Part shown: positions 1-10,500 of the stretch, piece by piece
How the letters are laid out: the number at the start of each line of letters is the position of its first letter
Position numbering within the stretch: the first letter of the stretch is position 1
Origin: a virus
Lineage: Duplodnaviria > Caudoviricetes
DNA length: 32,097 nt
Strand: one strand, 5' to 3'
Virus record (IMG/VR): IMGVR_UViG_3300017777_007518
Coordinates: 1 to 32,097 of that record
The notes under the pieces: generated by a model
Database searches by the model: none
Seen by the model: only the letters and a program-made list of their open reading frames with translations
Told to the model about the DNA's origin: nothing
Program-made: the position numbers and the translations under genes

Positions 1-1
1 T

Positions 2-601
2 CTTAATGGTGAAGCACAGTCTGGTGCTGTCTTAACGATTTTTCAGCGTCAGCGCGATAACTCTTCAAACTCAGTCGTATTCTTTGATACAAGCAATCTA
101 TTCTATGGTGGAAAGATACATCCGACAAGCTTGGAGATTATTGACAGCTCAATGACAGGATCAGCAGGTCAAGTAAAAATGACACTTCATGATAACGGAG
201 CAGGCGGCATTTATCGTGCTGACTCGTTAACGCCTCACGCGAAGTGGGCAGGTGTTGGAACTGTTCTTTATGACGAAGGTCTTGCAGTCATAAAATCTCC
301 ATTAATCTTTCTTTTTGGAAAAGATCAGTTTGAGATCTCAATGCGCGGTGAACGACCTGTCCACGTGATGGAAATATCTGTTCCATGTCCTGCAGGACAA
401 ATAAACTCAAGTTCAAATCCAACGTTTATGGCGTTAACAGCGAGCGATGATCCAAACGAAAGATCTATCGGGCCTGTTATTATCACAGGAATAAATCTTC
501 ATGATGATAATCTAAATGTTGTTGCGCGTGTTGCGCTTGCTCAACCGATCATCAAGCGCAGCGAAGACAGATATCTGTTCAGAATAAAGATGGACTGGTA
601 G
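2..601 (+). CDS. Probable tail/baseplate structural protein, 3' part (5'-truncated by the window edge)
   Basis: The frame is open from base 2 (LNGEAQSGAVLTIFQRQRDNSS...), so the TTG at 131 is not the true start. The C-terminus ITGINLHDDNLNVVARVALAQPIIKR...FRIKMDW resembles the 'IGLY..LLA.AKL..PI.K...F..K.D' ending seen in myophage baseplate/tail proteins. Confidence 0.55.
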   Translation, partial: LNGEAQSGAVLTIFQRQRDNSSNSVVFFDTSNLFYGGKIHPTSLEIIDSSMTGSAGQVKMTLHDNGAGGIYRADSLTPHAKWAGVGTVLYDEGLAVIKSPLIFLFGKDQFEISMRGERPVHVMEISVPCPAGQINSSSNPTFMALTASDDPNERSIGPVIITGINLHDDNLNVVARVALAQPIIKRSEDRYLFRIKMDW

Positions 602-605
602 CAAA

Positions 606-1142
606 ATGATTCTTGGACTTGATGTGTCTACTAGCTCAACAGGTTGGGCAGTTTTAAATAATGATGGCTCGCTGGTTGAAATGGGCTTCTTTCCTCTTGC
701 AAAGTTTGAAGGATTCTTTGAAAAAGCAGCAGCTGTAGATGAAGGGCTTATTATGATAAAGAAGAAATACTCAGATATTTCTAAAATGTCAATCGAAGAG
801 CCACTTCAAGGATTTCGTCGTGGTCTTAGCTCTGCAAAAACGCTTTTAACGCTGGCTCGATTTAACGGAATCGTTGGCTGGCAAGCATACGTAATTTTTG
901 GGTTTGAGCCTGTTTTTATCAGCTGCACAGCTGCAAGAAAAGACTTGCATATCACGATCATAAAGACACGCGACACAAAAGATCAAGTAATGGAATGGGT
1001 CGAGCGCGTTGCTGGCGTTGTGCTTCAGCGTCGTGTTGCAAAGGTTGGCAAAAAGAAAGGACAGACACTTTTCGCTGCTGGAGTCAACGACGCTGCAGAC
1101 GCTTACGTTATGGCAAGGGCTGTTCATCTGCAAAAACCATAG
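606..1142 (+). CDS. ruvC: RuvC-like Holliday junction resolvase
   Basis: N-terminal MILGLDVSTSSTGWAV (catalytic D), central IEE and C-terminal DAADAYVMA acidic motif; 178 aa, RNase H-fold pattern. Confidence 0.85.
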   Translation: MILGLDVSTSSTGWAVLNNDGSLVEMGFFPLAKFEGFFEKAAAVDEGLIMIKKKYSDISKMSIEEPLQGFRRGLSSAKTLLTLARFNGIVGWQAYVIFGFEPVFISCTAARKDLHITIIKTRDTKDQVMEWVERVAGVVLQRRVAKVGKKKGQTLFAAGVNDAADAYVMARAVHLQKP

Positions 1143-1162
1143 TTGGTTGTGTATAGTTAAAA

Positions 1163-2119
1163 GTGATAGACATAAAAGAAAGAGTAGAAATACTCACACG
1201 TGTATTCGGAGCATGTCAAATTGACAGGCGCGGGATTAACGCTGCTTTTCGATGTCCGGATTGCGGAAACTCTAAAAAGCAAAAGTTTGTTGTTAAGCTA
1301 GACACTGGACAATATCATTGTTGGGTCTGCGATGCTCGAGGTGCTTCGGTAACAAGGGCAATAAGGAAAATATCACCTGAGGCAGCTGCAAGGTGGGAGA
1401 GCATCACTGGTTCATACCAGCGACAGTTTAAAGATGATGTTGTGGTGCCGCCTGCCGTTGAATTACCTGGCGGTTTTAAACTTTTGGCAGAATCATTAGA
1501 TTCAGGTGATCCTGCTGCTCGAGCCTGTATAGAATACACAAAGACACGCAATCTTAGTCTTCGCGATTTGTGGTATTTTAGACTTGGCTACGTGAGACGA
1601 GGCAGTCTTGCGCGCAGAGTGATTATGCCATCATTCGACGCCGACGGAAAATTAAATTATTGGACGGCACGCAGCATTGACAAAGTCACATTTGGCAAAT
1701 ACGCAAATCCGCCAGTTCCACGAGGCGAGTTTATTTTTAATGAGCTTAATCTTGATTGGAGGCAAGAACTTACGCTTGTTGAAGGCCCTTTTGATCTTAT
1801 GAAATGCGATATTAATGCCGCACCGATTCTTGGATCAAACATTTCAAGAAAATCTGCACTTTTTCAAGGAATTGCAAGAAACAAAACACCCATTATTTTG
1901 GCTTTAGATAATGACATGCCAGAAAAACAACACAAATGGGCAAAAGCATTATCAGAGTTTGACGTTAGCGTAAAAATGTTAGATATCGGTATTCATAAAG
2001 ACGTAGGAGAAATGACAAAAGAACAGTTTTTAGAAGCAAAGAAAAAAGCAAAGCCTTGGGATAAGTTTCAGGGTATTATTAACCTTTCAAGAATAGCAAG
2101 AAGCGGGAGCATCTTTTGA
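1163..2119 (+). CDS. DNA primase (Zn finger + TOPRIM, DnaG/gp61-like)
   Basis: CPDC...HCWVC zinc-binding domain, RVIMPSFD..G.LNYWTAR, TOPRIM motifs LVEGPFD and ALDND, and KDVGEM; GTG start. Confidence 0.88.
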   Translation: MIDIKERVEILTRVFGACQIDRRGINAAFRCPDCGNSKKQKFVVKLDTGQYHCWVCDARGASVTRAIRKISPEAAARWESITGSYQRQFKDDVVVPPAVELPGGFKLLAESLDSGDPAARACIEYTKTRNLSLRDLWYFRLGYVRRGSLARRVIMPSFDADGKLNYWTARSIDKVTFGKYANPPVPRGEFIFNELNLDWRQELTLVEGPFDLMKCDINAAPILGSNISRKSALFQGIARNKTPIILALDNDMPEKQHKWAKALSEFDVSVKMLDIGIHKDVGEMTKEQFLEAKKKAKPWDKFQGIINLSRIARSGSIF

Positions 2120-5100
2120 TCAAAATAGTCCATTTATCCGATATTCATTGGCGCGGTATGCAGCGTCACAGCGAATACACTACGGCATTCGAGGATTTCT
2201 TCAAGAAGTTAGACGAATTGTGTCCAGATCTTATTGTCGTTGGTGGTGATATTGTTCATTCAAAGACACAAGGCATTACACCAGAACTTATTGAGCGTCT
2301 TGGCTGGTGGTTTCAGCGTCTTGCAAACTGGCCTACTGTTGTTATTCTTGGAAACCATGACGGTCTTATTCACAACAAGTCGCGGCTTGACGCGATTTCG
2401 CCGATTGTAGCAGCGTTAAATCATCATAACATCCACTTTCTAAAAGACTCTGGAAACTACGAGCTTAACGGAATTAATTTTGCCAATTTTTCATGTTTTG
2501 ACGAAGAAAACTGGCATAAGTGTAAGCCAAATCCTGACTTGATCAATATCGCGCTCTACCACGGTGCTGTTGGTGGATCACTTCTTGATACAGGAATACC
2601 CATCGACGGCGAAGTCACAGTTGATATGTTTAGACAGTACGATTTTTCAATGCTTGGTGATATTCATAGACAACAGTTTCTTGACAATGACACACGCATT
2701 GCATATCCTGGTAGCACGATTCAACAAAATTACGGAGAAGATACAAATAAGGGCTTCTTGTTTTGGAGAATTAAAAATAAGGATGAATATCGCGTAAACT
2801 TCGTCAAGATTAAAAATCCGTGCCCGTTTCATTCAGTTGAATGGGCTGGTGACATTAGTGATACAGTCGCAGAATGTCTAAAGCTAGAGCACGGTTCAAG
2901 AATCAGAATAGTCACAACAGAAAATGTTTCTGTCGCTACGTCGAGACAACTCGCTGGTGAACTTAAGCAAAAAATGGCCGCCACAGAAGTTGTTTGGAAA
3001 TTCATAGGAGAAAAAGGAAAAGAGGAGATGCGTGTTGGCGCAACTTCAATTTCAAGGGAAAATCTTAATGACCCTGGAACAATCAAAGACTTATTCAAGA
3101 AATACGCAGAAGCAAAAGGATTAACTGAATCTTCAACGGCCACTCTTGATGCAACAGTTTCAAGACTTATTGATGCGCTTCCGCCTGATGAGCGCCTTGG
3201 AAATGCAAAGTGGTCTATTAAGCGTCTCAAATGGGACAACACATACTCATATGGGAAAAATAATGAAATAGACTTTGACAAGCTAAGCGGTATTACTGGC
3301 ATCTTTGGAAGAAACGCGCAAGGAAAGTCTTCCATTCCTGGAACGATAATGTATTCTCTATTCAACACGACTGATAGAGGCTCAATAAAGAATCTTCATA
3401 TTATCAATGCACGAAAGGACTACTGCCTTGCGAGCGTAGAATTTCAGGCCGGAGATTCAATTTACAAAGCGGAACGACAATCTACGAGACAACAAACAAA
3501 AGCTGGCGTCGTTCACGCAGCAACGCATCTCAATCTATTCAAGATTGATGCTGCTGGTGCACCGCTAGAAGATATTTCTGGCGAGCAAAGAAAAGATTCT
3601 GATAAAGTTTTGCGTAGCATGATTGGGACTGCTGATGACTTTTTGTTGACATCATTCGCAGCACAAGGAGAAATGAACGCGTTCTTAAAAGAACGCGCAA
3701 CTGCAAGAAAGAATATTCTTTCAAAGTTTCTAAATCTGCAAGTATTTGATTCGCTTAATACGCTTGCAAAAGAAAGTTCATCATCAATAAAGTCAGAACT
3801 TCGTCGGACTCCAGCGCTTGACTTAAAAGCAGCAATCGAAACAAAAGCGCTTGAAGAAGTTGAGCTTCACAACAACATTACGCTGCTTGAAGAAAGAAAA
3901 TCATCAATTGATAAGCACATTAAAAAGATAAGAGCTATTCTTGAGCGTGAGTCGCCAGGTTCATCACACACGCTTGATGATATTAAGCATCACGAAGACG
4001 AAATTATTCGTATCACAAAGAAAGTTAATCAAAACAAGCTTGATCTTGAAAACATTCTTATTGAGCAAGAGGAACTAAAAAAGAAAATCGACAAAGCAGA
4101 AGCTGCATTAGAGTCTGTAGACATAGCATCTTTAAAGAAAGACATTGAGCGCGCAGAAAAGCTTTCAAGTAAGATACTTGAAATTGAAGAAAAATCAAGA
4201 AAAGAATCTGCGACCGTTCAAACACTAGAAAAATCTGTTAAAAAGCTCGGCGAAGTTCCTTGTGGCAGCACATTTTTGACTTGCAAATACATTAAAGACA
4301 GTCACAAAGACAATGAAATTTTGCCGCAAAAGCAAAAAGCGTTTCAAGAAATCACAGCAAATCTTGAAGCTCTACGCGAAACGCTCGACGCAGAAAGTTT
4401 AAAATCTTCAAAAGAGAAGCTTGATCGTATAAACAACGTGCAGTCGAGACTACCAGGCGCAAAAAATACGTATGCAGCTAATGAAACTCGTGTTGCAAGC
4501 TTACAATCTTTGCAAGAAACACTTTCAAAAGATCTTTTACGTGAGAGTAAGACATTACAGGAGATTCGTGCTGCGAGTTCTCTTACTGTTCTTGAAGAAG
4601 TCAAAAAAATGCAAGATGAGATTGAAAGCGACGAAAAGAAGTCATCTGAAACTTCCAAAAAAATCTTACAGACAAGTCAAAAGATTGGTGCCATTGGAAG
4701 CGAGATATCACATCTAAAGCTTGACATTACAAGAATAGAAAAACTTCAATCAGAGTGGAAGGTGTACGAAACAATTCTCAGCGCAACTGGTAAGGACGGC
4801 ATCCCACTACAAATCATTGCATCACAACTTCCAAGAATCAATTCTGAAATTGCAAAAGTGTTACAAGGCGTTGCAAACTTTAACATTGAGTTGGCAGCAG
4901 ACGAAGAAAGCGGTGATCTTGAGATTTTCATTGATTATGGCGATTCACGTCGTCCAATTGAGCTTGGATCTGGAATGGAGAAAATGATTTCGTCGCTTGC
5001 TATCAGAACTGCGCTTATCGAGGTTTCTGCGATTCCAAAACCGGACATTTTTATTATCGATGAAGGCTTTGGCGCGCTTGATGATACAAATCTTGAGGCT

Positions 5101-5241
5101 TGCGCAAGACTTTTGATCTCGTTAAAGCGAAATTTTAGAAACATTCTTGTTATATCTCACGTTGATAGCATAAAAGACATTGTCGACAACATCATAGAGA
5201 TTTCACATGATGGTGTAGACGCGCAAGCAAGGAACATCTGA
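2116..5241 (+). CDS. Fused Mre11/SbcD (gp47-like) nuclease and Rad50/SbcC (gp46-like) ATPase
   Basis: Metallophosphoesterase motifs SDIH, GGD, GNHD, YHG and GDIH in the N-terminal ~350 aa. Then Walker A GRNAQGKSS, Q-loop AAQG, a long coiled coil, signature GSGMEK, Walker B/D-loop FIIDEGFGALD and H-loop ISH. The TTG start overlaps the primase stop (TTGA). Confidence 0.92.
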   Translation: MIKIVHLSDIHWRGMQRHSEYTTAFEDFFKKLDELCPDLIVVGGDIVHSKTQGITPELIERLGWWFQRLANWPTVVILGNHDGLIHNKSRLDAISPIVAALNHHNIHFLKDSGNYELNGINFANFSCFDEENWHKCKPNPDLINIALYHGAVGGSLLDTGIPIDGEVTVDMFRQYDFSMLGDIHRQQFLDNDTRIAYPGSTIQQNYGEDTNKGFLFWRIKNKDEYRVNFVKIKNPCPFHSVEWAGDISDTVAECLKLEHGSRIRIVTTENVSVATSRQLAGELKQKMAATEVVWKFIGEKGKEEMRVGATSISRENLNDPGTIKDLFKKYAEAKGLTESSTATLDATVSRLIDALPPDERLGNAKWSIKRLKWDNTYSYGKNNEIDFDKLSGITGIFGRNAQGKSSIPGTIMYSLFNTTDRGSIKNLHIINARKDYCLASVEFQAGDSIYKAERQSTRQQTKAGVVHAATHLNLFKIDAAGAPLEDISGEQRKDSDKVLRSMIGTADDFLLTSFAAQGEMNAFLKERATARKNILSKFLNLQVFDSLNTLAKESSSSIKSELRRTPALDLKAAIETKALEEVELHNNITLLEERKSSIDKHIKKIRAILERESPGSSHTLDDIKHHEDEIIRITKKVNQNKLDLENILIEQEELKKKIDKAEAALESVDIASLKKDIERAEKLSSKILEIEEKSRKESATVQTLEKSVKKLGEVPCGSTFLTCKYIKDSHKDNEILPQKQKAFQEITANLEALRETLDAESLKSSKEKLDRINNVQSRLPGAKNTYAANETRVASLQSLQETLSKDLLRESKTLQEIRAASSLTVLEEVKKMQDEIESDEKKSSETSKKILQTSQKIGAIGSEISHLKLDITRIEKLQSEWKVYETILSATGKDGIPLQIIASQLPRINSEIAKVLQGVANFNIELAADEESGDLEIFIDYGDSRRPIELGSGMEKMISSLAIRTALIEVSAIPKPDIFIIDEGFGALDDTNLEACARLLISLKRNFRNILVISHVDSIKDIVDNIIEISHDGVDAQARNI

Positions 5242-5519
5242 TGAATAGAGTCGAAGAAAAAAAGGACTACAGAATAGTTCAACGAGGAGACATAAAAAAG
5301 ACAGCGTCTCCAATAGAATGTGCGCTTTGTCTTTGCGCAGTGATTGATGAATTGGACACAACTTCAATTTTACGATCTGATTGCTGTTTCGACTGTGAAA
5401 ATGAGATTGCAGATCCACATAGAGAAGAGTGGCTTGCAGGTTGGCGCCCAATAAAAAAAGAACTCTTAGCAATTAGAAGCAGAAGACTTGCGTCAGCTCA
5501 CTCGCGAAAGTATATTTAA
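5241..5519 (+). CDS. Small Cys-rich (probable Zn-binding) hypothetical protein
   Basis: CALC...CCFDC pattern; the ATG overlaps the upstream TGA (TGATG). Confidence 0.65.
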   Translation: MNRVEEKKDYRIVQRGDIKKTASPIECALCLCAVIDELDTTSILRSDCCFDCENEIADPHREEWLAGWRPIKKELLAIRSRRLASAHSRKYI

Positions 5520-5527
5520 TAACGGAG
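5512..5527 (+). promoter_or_regulatory. Putative late promoter ATATTTA plus GGAG ribosome-binding site
   Basis: Instance of the ATAN(T/C)TA motif that recurs before late genes; GGAG at 5524-5527. Confidence 0.55.
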
Positions 5528-5536
5528 ACATAATCT

Positions 5537-5908
5537 ATGCAGCTATCCACTAAAGACGTAAATGCGTTGGGCCAGATCACTCAACGAGGTTGGGGCGTTC
5601 CATCAACTCCTAACTCTATTATTTGCTCTTTGCACAATGACAGAATCACAATGAAATATATGACAATCGTTCATTTCGCCGCAGAGTCAGCGCTTCGAAA
5701 TCAAGTTGAGCGTATAAATGAAGAGTCAATACAACTTTTGACAAAGTATGTTGCTGAGGTAAAGAAGCAGTTTAGAGAAGCAACTGGAAAATCAATAAAG
5801 CTAAAAGAAATCACAAACAATGATTCATTAGAAATGATTTCTGCGACAAATTTGTCTCCTCGTCGTATTGCGTATTATAGAAGACAGGTCACACTGCAGA
5901 TAATCTAA
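5537..5908 (+). CDS. Hypothetical protein translationally coupled to the large terminase
   Basis: GGAG ribosome-binding site; the stop overlaps the terminase start (TAATG); 123 aa. Confidence 0.75.
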   Translation: MQLSTKDVNALGQITQRGWGVPSTPNSIICSLHNDRITMKYMTIVHFAAESALRNQVERINEESIQLLTKYVAEVKKQFREATGKSIKLKEITNNDSLEMISATNLSPRRIAYYRRQVTLQII

Positions 5909-7497
5909 TGGCTGTACTCTCAAAAGAGAAACAAGTAGCAGAAATCGTTCGTTGCGGAAAAAACTCTACGTATTTTGTCAATAAATACGTTAAGATACAA
6001 CATCCAACGCGAGGCCTTATTTCATTTGACACTTACAAGTTTCAAGATGAATGTCTTAACGAGTTCGAGACTCACAGATTCAGCGTTATTCTAAAATCAA
6101 GACAGCTTGGAATATCAACGCTAGCTGCTGCATACGCGCTTTGGTTATCTTTATTTTATAAAGACAAGGCAATTCTTATTATCGCGACAAAGCTCGCGGT
6201 AGCTCAAAACTTCATTAAAAAAGTAAAAGTGATGTTGCAGAATTTACCGTCATGGTTGATTATGCCACAAATACGATCTGATACAAAGCAAACTGTAGAG
6301 TTCAGTAACGGATCGTCAATCAAAGCAATCCCTACATCAGATGATGCTGGTCGATCAGAAGCGCTGACATTACTCATTGTTGACGAAGCAGCATTCATTA
6401 GCAATTTCGATGAGCTTTGGACAGGTCTATACCCTACTCTTTCTACAGGAGGCAGGGCAATTGTTCTTTCTACGCCAAACGGTGTTGGTGGACAATTTCA
6501 TAAGCTTTACGCAGAAGGCGAGTCAGGCACGAACGAATTTAACGCAATAAAATTGCCGTGGGACGTACATCCAGAAAGAGATCAAACTTGGTTTGATAAC
6601 GAATCAAAGAATATGTCAAGAAAGCAAATTGCGCAAGAACTTCTTTGTGACTTTGCTTCATCTGGTGATACGTTTCTTGGCGCAGCAGAATTAGATTACA
6701 TAATGTCAACCACAAAATCTCCACTTGAAAGATGGGGTTTAGATTCTGCGGTATGGGTTTGGAAATATTCTTTGCCAGATCATAGATACGTCATAGCTGC
6801 GGACGTGTCTCGAGGCGATAGCGCTGACTTTTCTACATGCCATGTTATGGATGTCAGCGACGGCGAACAAGTTTGCGAGTTTAGAGGCAAGATCCCACCT
6901 GATCAATTTGCAATTTTGCTAAATGAAATTGGTAGTCGATATAACAACGCGCTGCTTTGCCCAGAAAATAATAGCTACGGATACGCAGTTTGTATGAAGC
7001 TAAAAGAGATCGGATATCCAAATCTCTATTATAAAGATAAACGATATCAGATCATTGGCGCTGCTGCAGGCTCAGAAGAAATAGCAAGCATTGGATTTAC
7101 GACAGGACCTTCCAACAGAACAAAGATCTTAACGAAACTTGAAGAAGTCATAAGAAACAAATACATCAAAGTAAGATCAACTCGTTTATACGAAGAGTTA
7201 AAGACATTTACTTGGGTCGGTCAAACAGCAAAAGCCATGAAAGGCTATCATGATGATCTTGTTATGGCAATGGCAATTACAGTTTGGTTATTTGACAACG
7301 CCACAGACAACTCAAAATATGATAAAGACATGGCAAACGCCATGCTTGCTGCGTTTGCTGTTAACAAAGCACCAGAAAATAATAACATGAATGTCCCACA
7401 TGCAAGAAACCCGTTTGCTCCAATCATGGTAGATGGTGTTCCTGGCACGAATTTTGATATAGCAAAAACTTATGCAAGATTTGGGTGGCTGAACTAA
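5908..7497 (+). CDS. terL: Terminase large subunit (T4 gp17-like)
   Basis: Walker A region LKSRQLGIST, Walker B LLIVDEAAFI, coupling motif LSTPNG, and nuclease motifs AADVSRG, ENN and HDDLVMA. Confidence 0.95.
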   Translation: MAVLSKEKQVAEIVRCGKNSTYFVNKYVKIQHPTRGLISFDTYKFQDECLNEFETHRFSVILKSRQLGISTLAAAYALWLSLFYKDKAILIIATKLAVAQNFIKKVKVMLQNLPSWLIMPQIRSDTKQTVEFSNGSSIKAIPTSDDAGRSEALTLLIVDEAAFISNFDELWTGLYPTLSTGGRAIVLSTPNGVGGQFHKLYAEGESGTNEFNAIKLPWDVHPERDQTWFDNESKNMSRKQIAQELLCDFASSGDTFLGAAELDYIMSTTKSPLERWGLDSAVWVWKYSLPDHRYVIAADVSRGDSADFSTCHVMDVSDGEQVCEFRGKIPPDQFAILLNEIGSRYNNALLCPENNSYGYAVCMKLKEIGYPNLYYKDKRYQIIGAAAGSEEIASIGFTTGPSNRTKILTKLEEVIRNKYIKVRSTRLYEELKTFTWVGQTAKAMKGYHDDLVMAMAITVWLFDNATDNSKYDKDMANAMLAAFAVNKAPENNNMNVPHARNPFAPIMVDGVPGTNFDIAKTYARFGWLN

Positions 7498-7539
7498 GAC
7501 AGATTTAAGTTTAGACAAAAGAGAGTAATATAGATCAAG

Positions 7540-10500
7540 ATGTCAGAAAAAAACAATAGAAATTTATTTCAACGTTTAACGCAGCTCTTTAGATCTGGAC
7601 CAGTCATTCGTCGTAAGGTGAAGAACTACTCTGAACCAACTGCGTCGTCTGCGTATGAGATGTTCAGAAAGAATCAATCTGATATTTATTCAAGCACGAT
7701 CTCTGCATATGGCGCATTCGATAGAATGTCAAGATATTCAGACTTTTCAGAAATGGAGGCTTGCGTAGCAGGTGACACTCTCATTGCAACTCCAAATGGA
7801 TACTCTACAATTGAAGAGCTATCAAAAAAGTATGGAGAAAATGACACGTTCGTTGTCTATGCATATGATCACGCAAAAGGCCAGATTATGCCAGCGCTTG
7901 GAAAACAAGCGAGAAAAACAACAACTGCGCACGCTGTAAAAGTTACATTTGACAGCGGAAAATCGTTGATTCTTACACCAGATCATCGTTGCATGAAGCG
8001 AGATGGAACATACTCAGAAGCACAAGATCTTAGAATTGGCGATTCAATGATGCCGTTTTACAGAAAAGATCTGTTTTCTGAAGCGAAGAAAGATGCCGGT
8101 GACGGGTATCGTTTCGTTTATACAATGAACGGAAAAAAATCAAAGCTTGGAAACGGTTGGGTATCAGAGCATCGTCTAATTGCCGAATGGATAGCTGCAA
8201 AAGAAATATCTAATGATGAACATGTTCATCATATTAATTTCAAAAAGTGGGACAATAGACCAGAAAATCTAAAGATCATGTCTGCTGCAGATCATCTTGC
8301 ATATCACACAAAAATTATAAACGGAAAAAAGTGGTCTGTTGACAATAGCAAATGGATAGAAAAATTTAAAGAAACTCATTCAAAATTCATGAAGGATAAC
8401 AATCCTGCTACAAGACATGACATAAGTTTTGAACTTATCTTGAATCTTTGTGAGCTTTACGGATTCAATCTTCATCAGCTGTCAAAAAGGCTTGATTGCG
8501 ATGAAAGAGTCATCTATCGCAGACTCAACGCCAAGGGGTTTCTAAATTTCTCGCAGTTTGCATGTGCATATCAGCCAGGGTGGATCCCAGATGGACACAA
8601 AAATGAAGGAGTCAAAACCCCGAGATACGATCATACCCTAACATTTCAGAAAATTTGTGATGCGTATTCTCGTGGAATGACATCATCAGATTTGTTTGCA
8701 AAACTTAAAACTACGTGGCCAAAGGTCAACAAAAGATTAAAAGACAACGGATTCTCGACTTGGTCACAATTTTCTGAAAGCTATGAAAATCACAAAGTGT
8801 CATCAGTCGAAGACTTTGGCGTTATAGATTTGTTTGATCTTACAGTTGACGGCTACAAAAACTACGCAACAGATAGCATCATTGTTCACAATACGCCTGA
8901 GATTGCTTCAGCCCTTGACATTTATGCTGAAGAAACTGTCTCTCAAGATGAGAAGGGCCAGGTTCTTCATATTCACTCTGACAATCGCAGAATCAGAGAG
9001 CTTTTAGATACCTTATTTAATGACACATTAAACATTGAATTCAATCTTCCGATGTGGGTCAGAAATCTTTGCAAATACGGCGACTTTCTACTTTTCAATG
9101 ACGTTCATCCTGGCTTTGGAATTATCAATGCCTACCCTATTCCAATCTCAGAGATGGAACGTGAAGAAGGCTATGACAAAAAAGATCCGATGGCCGTACG
9201 TTTTCGCTGGATTACACGCGGAAATCAGGTTCTTGAAAATTGGCAAGTTTCACATTTTCGACTTCTTGGAAACGACGCGTTTCTTCCGTATGGCTCATCA
9301 GTATTAGAATCTGCGCGTCGTATTTGGCGTCAAATGATTCTAATGGAAGATGCGATGTTAGTTTATCGCATTGTCAGAGCACCGGAGCGTCGTGTGTTTT
9401 ATATTGACATTGGCAATGTTCCACCTGAAGAGGTGGCAAACTTCATGGAGCAAGCGCAAACAAGTTTAAAAAGAAATAGACTTGTTGATAAGTCAAGCGG
9501 AAAAATGGATTTGCGTTACAATCCGCTCGCAGTTGATGAAGATTACTTCATTCCTGTTCGCGGAGGCGAATCTGGCACAAAGATAGATTCACTGGCTGGT
9601 GGCGTGAATGCAGCTGCGATTGAAGACGTACAGTATATTCAGAAAAAGTTGTTTGCAGCCTTAAAGATTCCGAAGGCATATCTTGGATATGATGAAGACA
9701 TTGGCGCAAAATCAACGTTAGCACAAGAAGACATCAGGTTTTCAAGAACAATCACACGCATTCAAAAGGTTATAATCTCTGAGTTAAATAAGATGGCAAT
9801 GATTCATCTATATTCTCACGGTTATGAAAGCGAAGATCTTCTTGATTTTACGTTAAGACTCTCAAATCCTTCAACAATCGCTCAGCAACAAAAACTCGAG
9901 TTGATTTCGTCAAGATTCGAGATTGCTGGAAAGGCTCCAGAAGGTATCGTAGATCGTGCATGGGTTCGAAAAAATATTATGGGTCTTTCTGAAGAGGAAG
10001 TAGATAACGTGAAAGAAGGGAGGAAGAAGGACAAGCAGGAGGATGCTGAGCTTGAAGCTGTCCCTGGACCAGACGCTGCAGCCGGGGGCGGAGCAGCAGC
10101 GCTTACTGCTGGTTACGAACGACCTGGTGATATCGTCTCTGCTGGTGTTGAAAAGTCTCCGATTCTCTCGATTGAGAATGAGGAATTACCGCTCAAAGCA
10201 GAAAAGGCGATTAGAAACGCATTTGGCAAAAATATTACGCCGACTCGAGACAGGAGCACGGCGGCATCATTAGACATGCCAGACTTTAATAAAATGACGA
10301 GTGTCGGTTCAAACGCTAGAGATCAAGATACATCAAACATGCCTTTTGGCGAGGACGAACTTTTCTCTTTTGCAACAGAATCAAGAAATAAAAAGAGTCT
10401 TGTAGAAGAACTTTACGGAGAATCACAATTTCCACGACCAAAAATGACTGCGCGCTTTGATTCTACATTAAAAAATGCGAGTAGCAGAATACGTACAGTA

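Noticed and set aside
131-133. TTG start of the first ORF
   Set aside because: The frame is open back to the window edge, so the gene starts upstream.
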